A stretch of DNA of 64,000 nucleotides from a virus. Lineage: Duplodnaviria > Caudoviricetes. Numbering within the stretch: position 1 is the stretch's first letter; every line of letters begins with the position of its first letter. The position numbers and the translations under genes were made by a program. Below are positions 20,001-29,000 of the stretch, piece by piece. The notes below the pieces were generated by a model, which had not been told where the DNA came from, did no database searches, and was given only the letters and a program-made list of their open reading frames with translations. The stretch spans positions 11,802-75,801 of the IMG/VR virus record IMGVR_UViG_3300024549_000205. The stretch is one strand, 5' to 3'.

Positions 20001-23000
20001 AGAGTAGCATCAATCTCTTCAGCATCCAGTTTCAAAGCTTCAATTTCTCTTTCTAATTGCTCTTGCATTCTAGATAGACGCATAGCATTATCGATAGCTC
20101 TTGCTGTAACAGCTTTAAACTTATCAACTTTCTTACTACGTTTATCTAATTCAGCTGCTTCAATTTCTTTAGTCAACTTCTCATATTCCTCTTTTGCTTT
20201 AACAACTTCTTTTTGTTTTGCATCAATTGTTCGTTCAATCTTAATTTGTTTATCAGCTAATGTATCAAACAAATCATTTAATATACCAAGACGTGCTTCA
20301 CGTTTAGCTTGTATACGTGGATCTTCTTCAGCAGTGTATTCATCTTTTGCTTTTTGTTGAACTGCAGTTAATGGTCCAACTTCTCTAATCATAGGTTCTG
20401 TGAACCCTTTCTTTTTATTTGCTTCAGTTAGTTTGAATTGATCTCCTGTAACTTCAATCTCTTTAATCTCTCCTTTTTTGTTTTTATACTTGAAGAGCAT
20501 TTGATCAGTCTCAGGATTATATTCTATCCTACCTTTTTGTTTACCATACTTCTTACCAAAGTTGAATTCATACACCATATTCCAATGTTCCATGTAGAAC
20601 TTGGCTTTCTTATTATTTAATGTAGAATCTACTTTACCAAGGTTATATCTTTCTAATGTAGATTCTTTTAAGTCATGGATAACACCATCTGAGTCTTGCA
20701 CCTTAATAGTGCCATCTTCATTTCTACCCAATACAACCATTCTAGGAGCACGATATACTTCATATCCTTTATCATCAAAATCAACAACTTTTCCTAAAAA
20801 GTATTCAGTGCCTATTTCAATATCTCTAACACCTCTTTTAGTCTTAATAGAGATTGTTTCTTTGCTTGTTTTTGTATCTTCAGGAGTTTGAAACTCTTGT
20901 CTTTCTTCGTTATATTTTTGTGGGTTAGTAATAAGATCATTATACTCTTTAAGATATTCTTTTCTTCTTAATGACATTTCAAGAACATCTATTACATTCT
21001 GTTTAATGTCAGCTTTGTTAATATTAGAAGATAATTCTATTCCAATTAAAGCTTCTGCAATCACCTCAGATTGTGGATCAGTTAACTCTGCATTTAAAAC
21101 AGATTGTACATCCACTCCTTTAGATACAGGAAGCATAGATACTTCAGGAATACGAACATCATAGTCTGCCACTTTACTAGCAGCATAAATCATTTTATCA
21201 ATTACTTGATCAGAATATTTTCTTTGTGGTTGTCCTTTAGAGTTTAATATAGGATTACCTTCGTCATCTTTTAATATTTCTCCAGAATATCTCAAGTTAG
21301 TAGACTTGAATAGTTCTTCTGTATACTTAGCTGTTTGCTCAAAGTATGCAAGTTTGTTACTAAATGACTCAGCTGTGTCATTCATATTTGCAAGACCTAA
21401 TTGTTTAAGAGATGCCATACCATCAGGACTCATGGATTGTTTTCTCATGTCCTGAATGTCATCCATAACCATGTCCATTCTACCATACTTGATACGTGGT
21501 GCCAAGTAATTATGCATCATATCAGCATTAAGATCTTTTGCTTCCAACTTATCACCTGCCTCAATAGCAGCTTGTTGTTGCTCTTGAAGTACAACACCTC
21601 TATTTGCAGCATCTAATTTATATTGGAAAGCTTCTTTATATGTAGGAGCACCATTAAGTAATTCTAAGAAATCTGCAGTGTTTGATTTAGTAGCTTTACT
21701 CATCATGTAATTACCTTTAGCTTGCATAGCTGCTCCAGTAAGACCTCCAATAATACCTCCCTCAATTCCTTCTTTAGATACTAAAGCACCTACTCCTTCA
21801 CCAGATCCATCTCTACCAAACATACCATATAATACACCATCAACTAATACATTAGCCTCTTTTCCTTGGTACGCTTTGTTATAATAATTTTGTGTTCCTA
21901 TCTGTATAGCATATTGACCAATCTCTTGACCCATCTCTTTAGGATCAAAAGCATATTTACCTACTCCTTTAACTGTATTATATAATTTACCAAATTTAGT
22001 TTTAGCAACTTCTTCAGCAACATATTTTCCATCTTTTAATACAACATTATCAGCTCTTCCTAATAAACTGTTTGCAGCTTGTTTTTCCGCAGCATACGAA
22101 CTTCCAAGTAACTTAGGAAGTTGTATATATTCTGTAACACTTAATAGTGCCATATTGGCAAGGAAAGATGTTTTTCCTACTTTCTCTGTTTGTTGATCTA
22201 TTATCTTCAGCTCTTCAGCACTTGGTGCTACGCCAAAGTTATTCATCTTATATTGATCAATTAATTGTTGTCTAAACTGATTAGAAGTTTGTAATCCTTC
22301 AAATGCAGCTTCTCCAGCTTGAGAATATGCAGCTATACCTATTCTTCTACCTACATCATTAATTTTTGCAAATTGATTTGTCTCTAAAGCAATCTCACCC
22401 ATTCTACTTGTCTTTGCTGCAACATCAGCAATAGACGAAATTTCTCCTTCTAATAATGCAGCAGCTTCAGCATTCTTACCTGAAGAAAAAGCTCTTGCAG
22501 TGTTTCTCATTAATGGAGCGTATGCTTTAAATGTTTGAGATGCTTCTAATGCAGCAGCTCTAGCTGCAGCAGCTTCTCCAATAACAGTACCAGTAGCACT
22601 AAGTGCTTTAGAAGCAATATTACCAGAAATAATAGCACCTACAGCAAATCCTGAATTCTTAATCACTTTATCAAATAAAAAGTTTGCTGTCCACCAGTTA
22701 TCAGGAGAATACCATTCAGCATTCTTTTCTTGGTCTGTATAATAGTTAGGTAAGTATTCTTGATCTACTTTTTCATTCCATTTATCAATTTCTTGCATAA
22801 CAGGATTGTCCCATATATCAGCAAGTCTTCCTGTAAATATAGAAGAGATGGCACCACCCACTGTAGCAAATCCACCAACTACAGTTGTAGCTGCAAGATT
22901 TGTACCTTTTAATACACCATTTACACCTTTATCTAACCAAGACTGTTGAGCTCCCCAAGCATCTTCATTATTAGCCCCATAGATAACAGTGTCATATCTA

Positions 23001-23233
23001 CCTGTTAAATCTGATGCAACATCAGATAAATAAGTTTTATCTGCTTTAATTTCATTAGGATCTACTTGACGATTCTGAAGATTGATCATGTCATCTTGTG
23101 ACAAAGCTTTTCCTGATCTTGATCCAGGAAATCCTGTTGACAAAGGAGCTGAATTAATTGAACCAATATTAATTGGATCTGGACCTTTTACATAAGGTTG
23201 TCCATATAAATTTGGATTTGTAGGATCTGGCAT
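8075..23233 (-). CDS. Giant virion-packaged DNA-dependent RNA polymerase polyprotein (crAss type) with a zincin-like domain and inserted accessory domains
   Basis: Catalytic GSDFDIDK (11300-11314) preceded by FRIPTQ; zincin-like YHEVFE...EELAEEF; 5052 aa; position matches crAss-like cargo genes. Confidence 0.9.
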   Translation of the reverse strand: MPDPTNPNLYGQPYVKGPDPINIGSINSAPLSTGFPGSRSGKALSQDDMINLQNRQVDPNEIKADKTYLSDVASDLTGRYDTVIYGANNEDAWGAQQSWLDKGVNGVLKGTNLAATTVVGGFATVGGAISSIFTGRLADIWDNPVMQEIDKWNEKVDQEYLPNYYTDQEKNAEWYSPDNWWTANFLFDKVIKNSGFAVGAIISGNIASKALSATGTVIGEAAAARAAALEASQTFKAYAPLMRNTARAFSSGKNAEAAALLEGEISSIADVAAKTSRMGEIALETNQFAKINDVGRRIGIAAYSQAGEAAFEGLQTSNQFRQQLIDQYKMNNFGVAPSAEELKIIDQQTEKVGKTSFLANMALLSVTEYIQLPKLLGSSYAAEKQAANSLLGRADNVVLKDGKYVAEEVAKTKFGKLYNTVKGVGKYAFDPKEMGQEIGQYAIQIGTQNYYNKAYQGKEANVLVDGVLYGMFGRDGSGEGVGALVSKEGIEGGIIGGLTGAAMQAKGNYMMSKATKSNTADFLELLNGAPTYKEAFQYKLDAANRGVVLQEQQQAAIEAGDKLEAKDLNADMMHNYLAPRIKYGRMDMVMDDIQDMRKQSMSPDGMASLKQLGLANMNDTAESFSNKLAYFEQTAKYTEELFKSTNLRYSGEILKDDEGNPILNSKGQPQRKYSDQVIDKMIYAASKVADYDVRIPEVSMLPVSKGVDVQSVLNAELTDPQSEVIAEALIGIELSSNINKADIKQNVIDVLEMSLRRKEYLKEYNDLITNPQKYNEERQEFQTPEDTKTSKETISIKTKRGVRDIEIGTEYFLGKVVDFDDKGYEVYRAPRMVVLGRNEDGTIKVQDSDGVIHDLKESTLERYNLGKVDSTLNNKKAKFYMEHWNMVYEFNFGKKYGKQKGRIEYNPETDQMLFKYKNKKGEIKEIEVTGDQFKLTEANKKKGFTEPMIREVGPLTAVQQKAKDEYTAEEDPRIQAKREARLGILNDLFDTLADKQIKIERTIDAKQKEVVKAKEEYEKLTKEIEAAELDKRSKKVDKFKAVTARAIDNAMRLSRMQEQLEREIEALKLDAEEIDATLNYITDMASNIDEYSTNFKDFMDELQDEIIDLEILQETTQAQISTLSKLARETQRALDATIDYLSNLIANFESRYPNVPRLMGQDWVDFLKANPNFLKVKPNYRSDLQLIDDIIAETEDLEITPNEQRLKDLIEHMDIMQGALDDVQKEIEAKEMILNKFKQVADKYKQQEAEKKKLESDQALQAEYLGTNSKDVQSFFSNEFYEASSKKDDLEVVGSTIAVTRGREGEQIREHHARANRFGFNMHKFANKGSIRGMIVTAATEAEAGIDGLMNYLTDEGRAIDSQGKPINPNKIIALVMVQDNDDNTYTLVDENGVPLTKEQLADPTKHAIFQVFPADELEATYTSEDGKRERGSMFRKMTTDGKLTPAQESLKQQYNKWRAARLAEETVPTPQSISASFGIPDYVTYKDDKGKDVRDYDARVAVEETGLLEEGALLEDPVLMVATKNEAVTYGSVTFNTPLGRVFLKVPGGLLKLKNRNLTENEVNTIYDVLLQVTKNVDKDGTTKTAETQYLFNWLKTVVYWGIPRNTQTKEKKNPGYNSVWFENVTEGNVTYPKLFLSGLGGEGFDFTVNGLQNSENEIKAILRGMYNNVNSTKVNTESFKKKYTEIIGIDEAGQPIKRDWDNYQTYLLSAEGRTNEEIPLVTQVRPLTDPSVPNKKGIYFTLDSTIDSYEIPVPPPVVTQAPTPAAPTKTAVTVSKDALEKIKTAINAEENIAPLMDNIFKTINEAAYEAWQETLDQAQLQSDLTPILEPLKGDEDKVMSAVSKYLLNRYIDEQLVALDKTAQQTPAPAATVQPGAQKEYNLEGEENIYTCKFGKIPFKINAQEYIDSKGEKGFSITFEAETMAALMTEKGLDPSNNKDLDKARAIFYGAILAKIRPQLDAFQTKSKIPASDAPQTTFVLDGIAENTVQIGSHGKITFTLDGKKFNESGQGFNIQFGSFDGEVLNSVADAKGVSPAEAQQLIGNDIYMKVLQQLEALKIPVAPAIATPFTPNVEVVPEVTDKKADIEKRRQAELEENKKLGVQDLKTKVAEQFDTLEETRNKLKQEVSDDASLSEQDKELLTLAIDGIFDIPGSNPYITDDYEGYAAYDPKKFEQYMLYNFPNLTKDQIRDVLSKHIEPIATQHSASLLASLEGPSGLPNNLAELNADKINAKYDAELAALESTEEVISPNLKSNIDNFEKDVNKGWKMHLSIKGVEQFESENDDTPADEIRSRATETIKILDDLKSKGLIKGYKIGKDGGQPGKNITIYIGNANKVQAIVDAVEKSSELRDQNISDNLKLTNKISVRFQVDGKIEQGKDDVTFLRYGPLGIGLMKEVIEGDKADNMFNPKFLPETIKGLNYYLGDYFSGSKLINDRLNAELATLKSTEEVIVTPPATEQTAKPSKFASRQRGQKPDDAAMRVVVARQAKKFQGEDWKKLEKWIGEKFPNIPVYRVKNIIQATNGKQAWGMLHNGAIYIYENAEVGTVYHEVFEAVWKMFADAKEKEAILKEFTSREGTFVDRETGRTVEYKYATAHQIKEELAEEFRDAVLNDKLGKSIASKSLIGKLFSQLIDFIKSFFYGKDAQRNTKELFNKIGDGYYNTFNPYVSQLAYANVGVIDIENASADDFSDLRVTGIPAVQLHEIIDEMTFITLTDLIKRKESLFNIVKPRQKELYEMLNVRILDVIGHQADLIEQDKRDGRLTEEEGDKLYNDIGTLYDTVDAQWESIIERHKEKLKTFNIQFDENDELDISEFEKSKEDPFGDARKIDSFRKANGAVKLLLGTLPLSYVGVNEKGERELKVEKSSIGGAILIPADSVFIRLKNKLFDSVNIDDMLDRLREMAKGDPNFENLYTRLTKSSITAPIDVRSLDESSWQLITAFWKSMKSQNADAISVFIMPGGDVVVSDSTLTSAAKQAKRDMTNTMVDKIKSNSTFFSYEPKTGRYYATDKIKSMPLSGSDLTTYTALLNELGIEFNIKALSRLTDNQALAFRGAVEGIKRVFSDLNDKGKAKTDAEIENDEANGEVARGIVSLTPRALNIEGNLFQLGLVQAVIENKEFESTYFNMNGERTQTYIGVNALSGLHNILSKLDNITELSSNPAYKQYEYLRNDVFAKGSVMMQKMFNLHPTKGTGKRIAGTQDLMKSVYIDGMDNQVRGVKKESSKLSAKERLVQEINLNLNGYYLNLVPGDAAIEWAVKMHNDLAFVTKEEYADKDHYEIFKNYFISEVELARDGRNIVENENRKPTDLRFFKSILGEELNNKITKGAYRKYTAEELYNGKPSEGFKGFRSEINEAVDEFIKKDAADTEALLKNYGIVYYGSEGLTIDDIKLDNELELNEKTLRDQLQVLSINYMIANIEMHKLLYSDPYQYSDELKRIKNFNSPRQALLVGSQDVNAALNEIYNKGFKPGDAGYTDMTLDYFRTITLGDILSVSDLKDYDPYKETDGGGYIMLKANRVFGIRSGEWTEANEAQYRHDMAYEDLVRSGASKREIEKFDRNSPEVASTYTPRKPIVSGNKANGRDYNDVVLHKFALLPLSFRLLHKMNPDSNAIKLYDKMQKENIDYAVFESGSKVGAEKISPLYDKKGKFDETPFEDANAGINIYEKQAVSNIPFAIMGVQAEVPSKDAAYVTQGSQVTKLATLDFMEAGVPIDFDVNNGDFNARFIKWIKLSPEQKLKESELYKDIKHNQDMLNAKIEYGYKSLLKKLGITKTADGFIISNINKLTDTLRDEILKREVNDNISDALKGFKSGDVVLEATPAYQQIRNILYSIADKNVVSPKISGGMKVQIPSTLLESERPGQQVVKGKNVYSSNLLKFYTRNENGKTINVCQLMVGKWFKSDMSDEELINYFNNDPEGKKEFEAIMGVAFRIPTQKQNSIDVFEIAKFLPEGYKDSVVIPSELVMKAGSDFDIDKLSIYLKNIYPSNDKKPKVVPYLGVGQEAIDKFGKMYDAGEFNEYLNSKKLLSKGEAEDRLMEAIFPEQYSTQREDVINDLYRQSLENEYIQSLQKLISNDLNFDNLIKPNSADDLKELTDKINDKLGRTKIDYGAVGNMLSRAFMTNLRHAFVTGKYAIGIAAVNQTNHAQNQRSLIYVDPVKIKTTVDPVDAGWLGDGQINFNEYNSVMVNGVKRATLSKIKSADDKTYISDTIGQFIDGYVDISKGPWIMEMGATPNVASTWLFLVKLGVPINTVGYFMNQPIIRDYLRTIQNNGYSWLFIEKFVDDVKYDYLTEDNVVVNGIPNETDLYDMMGKSPEKMSPSELAQQNYILDEFLKYAMMASHMFQVTQGSNFDTATINDPYLVFKKQMQLAKAQRTMFSSINEKNEVVPAVDSILKNSFVGELANVIYGVRDAFAEILISDKKNVRKVMEQVLAPYTEMSDRDFIKISQKAVNDLFDWAVQNDRKLNNSVKKILLGNSTEKSAAKQIIEFRDKVLKDETHPLHNNMILKSLQLESGKKIVLDEYKLKDGNVYQRENISLELLMKLGYAPKESRKMMNMFIASPDNISIKGKDAKVYDQNMIIYGFNELKEKLGDENKDLYGKLVRLAVIQSGLTNSPIAFTNLLPYDDFKEFYNQTLSNLENIPNLADFKTLDTMERSNWNNTNVVVFKKGRLQESKATPGNWYYPERQFLSKKLEKKMLNGELPEMVVIPIRSREGRSDFMTYSYEGQITKAQRIKARRIGDTSHVNKGLFKKVYKINDEGKRVPLIQESTFKGKNGVERTYLNYVYKMINAWGDSYRAQEFYGKEFPLDPNSTVSRPSVLDNGFMKVMREVEDSEIELALLGTTPVVATIQPTKNVEVVDRYSVADVQANPDKIYVFGDNTQRVGMGGQAQIRNNPNAMGIATKITPSMDEAAFMSDKDLIKNRQIIDGDIAKIKATGKTVVMPKDGLGTGLAQLKEKAPQTYAYLKQRLLQEFGFDNDNGSINNDPQAPAPVAEPVVEAPRSTKERVLKDGKSYNLSDIGIDMLIKLGYSNEEIGKILKEVRKEIC
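15872..16524. repeat. 41-nt imperfect direct repeats (15872-15912 and 16484-16524; 36/41 identical) bounding an in-frame 204-codon cassette
   Basis: tattacttcttcagtgctttttaatgtagctagttctgcat vs tattacttcttcagtactttctaaagctgctagttctgcat; they encode AELATLKSTEEVI and AELAALESTEEVI. Confidence 0.85.
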
Positions 23234-23237
23234 AATT

Positions 23238-25928
23238 TTATTGTTTATTTTGGTTATGTAAATAATTTATATACATAGCGTTTAATTGTGCTGGAGTTGT
23301 TGTCTTATATGTATTATCTATAATATTTTCATCAGCCGCTATTGCAGCACCGTATACAGTGATGAAATTTTGACTATTTGGAGGTTTAATATAATTAACA
23401 AGTCTATATCCTCCATTTGATTTTACAACATCTGCTCTATATATCCATCCTGCTTTTGTTACTTCTGGATTAACTTGATTACCTTTAAAGTAAGCTGTAC
23501 GCCAAGCATTAGGTGAATTAGGCATATATATTGGATTAGTAGATTTTGTTTTTTCATTTATATTAAGTGCATCCTGTATAGGTTGATCTTTGTAATCTGT
23601 AAATTTAGAGTCTGTAAAAGTTGTTAAATCTTTACGATTTACATTAGTTATAGTGTATGGAACTCCATCTTCACCAGAAACTATTATTTCACCAATCCAG
23701 TCTTCTTTAGAATTAGTAGGTTTCTTACCTTTCCAAGATATAGTTTTTGCATTATCTAAAGCTTTTAGCACTGCTGTTCTATCTGCTCCTTCACCATAGT
23801 TTCTTTCTCCACCATTTACATATGCTGCCACTTTACCTACAGTAGCAGATTTTGAATCAGAATCCATAGGTAAAAATCCTGTAACAGTATCTGATACACC
23901 AGCTATTTTAGATAACTTTTCATTAAATAACTTATCAGATTTATCTAATGCACTATAATACTCATTTGGTTTATCTCCATAATTGGCAATTTCTTCACGA
24001 ACTTTATCTCTTGCTTGAGGACTTAAATACCACCAGTTACTAAGAAATTTGTTTTGTTTATCAGTTAAATTTTTATAATTTATTTTAAGTTTTCCTTTTG
24101 CATTAATTCCCCAACTACCCTGACTTAACATTTTTAACTGTCCATCCTTCATCATAGCTATCATATCCCCAGGAGTGATTGTAAACTTTTCATTATCTCT
24201 AGTAGTATAAGTGAATGTAGAACGATCTTTTGTTAATTCATTTAATATTTTATCAACACCAGCTTCTTTATTTGCACTTACTAAAGCTTGATCGTATTGA
24301 TTTTTTTTATTATTTAAAACTGAAGCGGTGCCCATATAGTTATTAAAGTCATCTTCTAAATTAGGTGGTGGAGTTAATCCAGCTTCATCATATTTATTTT
24401 TAATATTTGTTGCCCATCTATCCAAAAATGCTTCAGGAGTTACCTTTAATTTTTTTGCATACTGTTTAACTTTAGCATAAATAGCTTCATCTGATGCGGT
24501 AGCATTATCATTACTTGCTCTAACTATATCAGCATATAATGAAAAAGCTAGTTTATTTTTAGCCTCACTTAGTGTATTTATATCTTCTTGAACAATATTA
24601 ACAGCACTCACTTTATCTCCAGGAGCAGCTCCTGAAAATAAAGGTTTGTTTGCATTATAAGTAGCGGATCCAGATTTACCTGGTTCAGGTTTTTTATTCC
24701 AGTTTCCTGTAACAGGATCTTGTTCATAGTCTCCATAGAACTTCATCCACTCTCTTTGGTTTGAAGATCGAGAAAGATCTAATTGAGCATTTTGATAAGC
24801 TATTTTATTGCTTTCAACTTTCTCATTGAATGCAAATGTCTGTCTCCAGTTTTGTTGTTGAAGTGCTTCGTTAACTCCAGTTGTTTGTGATTTCTCTTCT
24901 TTAACAAATTGGTTAATTAATCTTTGTTTGAACTCTTGAGTATAATAACTTTGTTTAAATTGCTCAGGGCTATCTTCTGCTTGTTGAGATAATGATAAAA
25001 ACATATTATCATTCTTTAATAGATTAGCTTCTATATCAGAAACAGTTTTAATGTATAATTGTTTTTGCTCATCAGATAAATTTGTACTATTTAACATAGC
25101 ACTAGCTTCTAAAGATTGCTGTTCTAGTTTTGATCTTTCATCATCATATTGAATTTTCAAAGGTTCCAACAATGTAGTGGCCTCTGTATTTCTATATGTA
25201 GCCCATCCATCAATTCCTAATTGTTGTTTTACATCTCCTTCATTCATTACATTTTCTATAGCAGCTAATACAGCTGGTCTATTTGTAACAAGTTTATCAA
25301 TAGTTTTTGCATCAGCATATCTGTAATGACCATCTATAATCATTGGTTTTCCTGTATTAGGATCAGTAACAAATAACTGTTCTGCAACTGTAGAACTTTC
25401 TCCTGCATTTACAAGAGCTTGTTGTAGTTTTTTAACAATGTTTGTATAAGGAACATAATCAGCTCTAAAACTAGCTTTTAAATCTTTACTATTAACATAT
25501 TCTTGAGCAAATTGATCGTAGTAATCATCATTGTTTTTATCTGTCAATCCTTTCTTTGATAACTCTTCTCTTTTCTTATATCCTGCTCTCAGCTTAGCTG
25601 TAGAATTAACAGCATTCTGAATGTCTTCATCTTTAACTATTTGTTTAGTCATCCCATTAACAGAGTTAACTAAAGAGAAGTCTGAGAAATCACCAGCAGC
25701 AACTAGTGTTAAGTTATTACCTAAAGAATTAAGTTTAGATTGTAAATATTGTTGTTGAACAGGATTAGCAATATCTAATCCTGCAACATTATCAATACTA
25801 GTTTGGATTTTTTTTATTCCATCTTCGTATTTCTGTTGTTTGTATACACCAACTTTAAGCATTGCATCCACAGGTTGCTGCTCTACATAAGGGTTGAAAG
25901 TTGGAATTTTATCTGTAAATGAAGCCAT
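23238..25928 (-). CDS. Putative virion cargo/ejection protein
   Basis: 896 aa with a helical N-terminus (NPYVEQQPVDAMLKVG..KQQKYE) typical of the gene preceding crAss-like RNAP genes; synteny. Confidence 0.6.
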   Translation of the reverse strand: MASFTDKIPTFNPYVEQQPVDAMLKVGVYKQQKYEDGIKKIQTSIDNVAGLDIANPVQQQYLQSKLNSLGNNLTLVAAGDFSDFSLVNSVNGMTKQIVKDEDIQNAVNSTAKLRAGYKKREELSKKGLTDKNNDDYYDQFAQEYVNSKDLKASFRADYVPYTNIVKKLQQALVNAGESSTVAEQLFVTDPNTGKPMIIDGHYRYADAKTIDKLVTNRPAVLAAIENVMNEGDVKQQLGIDGWATYRNTEATTLLEPLKIQYDDERSKLEQQSLEASAMLNSTNLSDEQKQLYIKTVSDIEANLLKNDNMFLSLSQQAEDSPEQFKQSYYTQEFKQRLINQFVKEEKSQTTGVNEALQQQNWRQTFAFNEKVESNKIAYQNAQLDLSRSSNQREWMKFYGDYEQDPVTGNWNKKPEPGKSGSATYNANKPLFSGAAPGDKVSAVNIVQEDINTLSEAKNKLAFSLYADIVRASNDNATASDEAIYAKVKQYAKKLKVTPEAFLDRWATNIKNKYDEAGLTPPPNLEDDFNNYMGTASVLNNKKNQYDQALVSANKEAGVDKILNELTKDRSTFTYTTRDNEKFTITPGDMIAMMKDGQLKMLSQGSWGINAKGKLKINYKNLTDKQNKFLSNWWYLSPQARDKVREEIANYGDKPNEYYSALDKSDKLFNEKLSKIAGVSDTVTGFLPMDSDSKSATVGKVAAYVNGGERNYGEGADRTAVLKALDNAKTISWKGKKPTNSKEDWIGEIIVSGEDGVPYTITNVNRKDLTTFTDSKFTDYKDQPIQDALNINEKTKSTNPIYMPNSPNAWRTAYFKGNQVNPEVTKAGWIYRADVVKSNGGYRLVNYIKPPNSQNFITVYGAAIAADENIIDNTYKTTTPAQLNAMYINYLHNQNKQ

Positions 25929-25943
25929 AGCGTATTAGTTAAG

Positions 25944-26019
25944 CAAATATAATATGAATTATTAGATTATACAATAGAGTATAATAATCTGTGTTAATTC
26001 TTTATAATTAAATTAGTTA
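25944..26019 (-). promoter_or_regulatory. Promoter TTG-N20-TATATTTG with an upstream 26-bp operator-like element (25994-26019)
   Basis: Minus strand TTGtataatctaataattcatatTATATTTG; the element has a 25/26 copy at 44673-44698. Confidence 0.7.
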
Positions 26020-29000
26020 TAAATTTTTGAAAGCTTTTAGTATTGAACTGTTCTTACCATCTTTTTTAATAGATTTTCCATTCTTACCAATGCTTTCTAT
26101 TTCTTCAACATCCTCTTCTCTTGAGTCTTTGCTACCAGCTCTCACTCCTACAATGTTTCCATATCTATCATATGTAAATTCTTTTCCTTCAGCTAATCCT
26201 CCTCTACTAGATGATTTACTTCCTCCTCCTATAGTAGTGTCAAAGAAATGTAACCCATAATTTTGAGCTCTACCATCTTGACCAAATCTAAAGTTAGGAT
26301 ACATATTCTCATAGATACTAAGTTTTCTATTCTCAAGTGCATTTTTAGCATACTTATCAGATACAGAATTGAGAGCTGCTTGTGACGTAGCTTTAGTATT
26401 ACTCTTAGCTTGTTCTTGTCTTTGATATTGTTGATCATAGATTGCCAAGTTCTTTAACTCTGCATCATTCAATGTATTAATGTTTCCAGAATACACTTGA
26501 TCTTTCATGGCTTGATTCATTCTAAACTGATCAGCTAACACTTTTGATTTAGCACCATATGTTTGTGCAGCAAGATTAGACTGAGCAGCAGGATTATATC
26601 CCATCATTCTTTGAGCACTTCTTTGATCAGCAGTTATTTCATTCAATTGATCTTGTAATGATATATCATAAGGAACTCTTAATTGTGGAGTGTATGGTGT
26701 TGCTTGTACAGGTTCTAATTGATTACTTGACATAGCATACATCTCTCCCATCAATTGATTAGGAGAAAGTCCTTGTTGATCTGTAGGTGTAAGAAATCTC
26801 AAACCTTGATTAATAAGTCCCCAAGGAAACTGAACTTTCTCTTCTTCCATAGGAGTGTACTCTGGTTCTTCAACATTTGCTGTTAATTGTTCTTCAGTGA
26901 CTATAGGTTCTGTTTTTTTAGATTCATCTATTCTTGCAGTTACAGTTTGTTCTCCAAATGCTCCATCCTCATCTATCTTTGCTGTTGATCCCATTGATTT
27001 AGCTCTAGCATTAAATGCTCTTTGGAAATTCAATACATCTATTTTATTCTTAGGATCAAATGTACTCCAACCTGGATACCAAGCATTAGCTTTCTTAGCT
27101 TCTTCAAATTGTTGTGGTGTCACTTTACCCCATGTTCCTAATGCACTTTGTTTTTGACCTGCAGGAACATATCCAAGAGCATCTGCAGATTTAGTTTCTT
27201 CATCTTTAGTAGAATATTTTTTAATGGTTCTGTAATATTTACCATCATCACCTTTACGATATCCTGCAGCAGCAGCTTCTCTTTCAGATTTAAAAGTTTT
27301 TCCTTTATCTCCATTTTGAGCTTTCTTAAAAATATCACCACCCCACTTAGCATTCATTGTAACAGGATCTTTGTCAAGTTTAATGTATCCTTTAGCAAGA
27401 TCTTCAGCACTAATGTTTTGTCCAAAGTTTTCAGACATTTCTTCTTTAGCATCATTAATTGAGTTTTGAAAGTTGGCTAATGTTATTTTTGTATTAGCTA
27501 TATTTTTAAGATTAAACTTAGCTCCTTCAATGTTAGCTTGCAATCCTGCAAGTTTTGCTTTATCAATAGATGTTTCTACTTTGAATGAATTTAAAATGTC
27601 CGTATTCTTAGAAATAATTTTATTCTGTTTAACTTCTTGTTTAGAAAGATCTATTCCAACGTTTTTAAATTTCTTTCCATGATACATATTTGCTATCTTC
27701 ATAAGTTCTGGATCATTAAGTTCTCCTGCTACTTTTTTATTTATTTGCATATTACCAAATACTACACCAGTGTTTTCTGGTTCTCCTGTTTCTGGATTTA
27801 TATTTCCTCCAGATTGCATTTCAAACATAGGTTCTCCTCTTTCCACTTCTACAGGATTCTCACCATATGTAATACCAATACCAGTGTTACCTTTTCCATC
27901 AGAGTCAGTATGAGATTGTCCTCTAAATACTACTGTTTCACCAGATCCTGGCATATAAGGATTATGAGACATAGGTTCAGCATATCCACCCCAATGCGTT
28001 TGAAGTTCACCACCCATATTATAAGTTTGCATAGCTCTTTCACTAGGTTCTCTATAAGCTTTTAAATGTCCACCAGCTCTGAATTCATCTTTATGTGCAA
28101 AATCAGCAAAGTCTTGATCATTAACATCTCCAAACATTGTGATCACTTGTGGATTGTATTCAGGATTCATGTATCCACCATTTCTCATATAAGATCCATA
28201 TTGTGAATGAACAGAATCTTTGAATTGAGAAGCCATGATTCTATCCATATTATTTTTAGTTCTTGCTTCAGCTTTTCTTTGATCTCTATCGTTTGTATCA
28301 AGTAATCCACCAGCAAGTGTACCTACAGTTTGACCAATTGCTTGTCCTGCTGGACCACCAATAGCCATACCAGCAGCACCACCAATAGCACCACCAATTT
28401 GTCCACCACCATCATTTCCTGTCATATTACCAGCAAGACTAGAACCCATTCCTCCAATTGCTCCCCATGGAGTTCCTCCTCCACCCATTGAAGACATCAT
28501 ACTAGATGGATCAAACATTTCTGCTCCACCTGCTGCTTTAGGAAGGTATCCTCCCATTCTATATGATTTAACTTGGTTTACATTATATAATGGTTCATAT
28601 TCAAGATCTGAATAAATATCATTTCCTCCTTCATATGTATTTTGTATCTCTGTTGGGTTACCACCAACCATTCCTCCTTCTTGTAACCTAACACCATTTC
28701 TAGCAAGAACATTTGTTCCTACACCATATATAGGAAAGAATTCTTCACCTGTCATTTCAGGCATCATTGCATTTGCTTTCTTTCTTGCATTCTCAGTGTA
28801 TTGTCTTAAGTCATCAACATCTGTAGATTCAGCTGCTCTTGCTTGAACATCTGTAACATTTGCCCATTTCTGTGCTTCTTTTTTAGCTCTTCTACCTGCT
28901 CTTAAATTTTGATAACCAGAAATAAGTTCTCCAGCTGGTCCAGCATACTTAGCAACTTGATTTCCAATGTTATTCATTTTTTCAACATTAGTGTTAGGCC

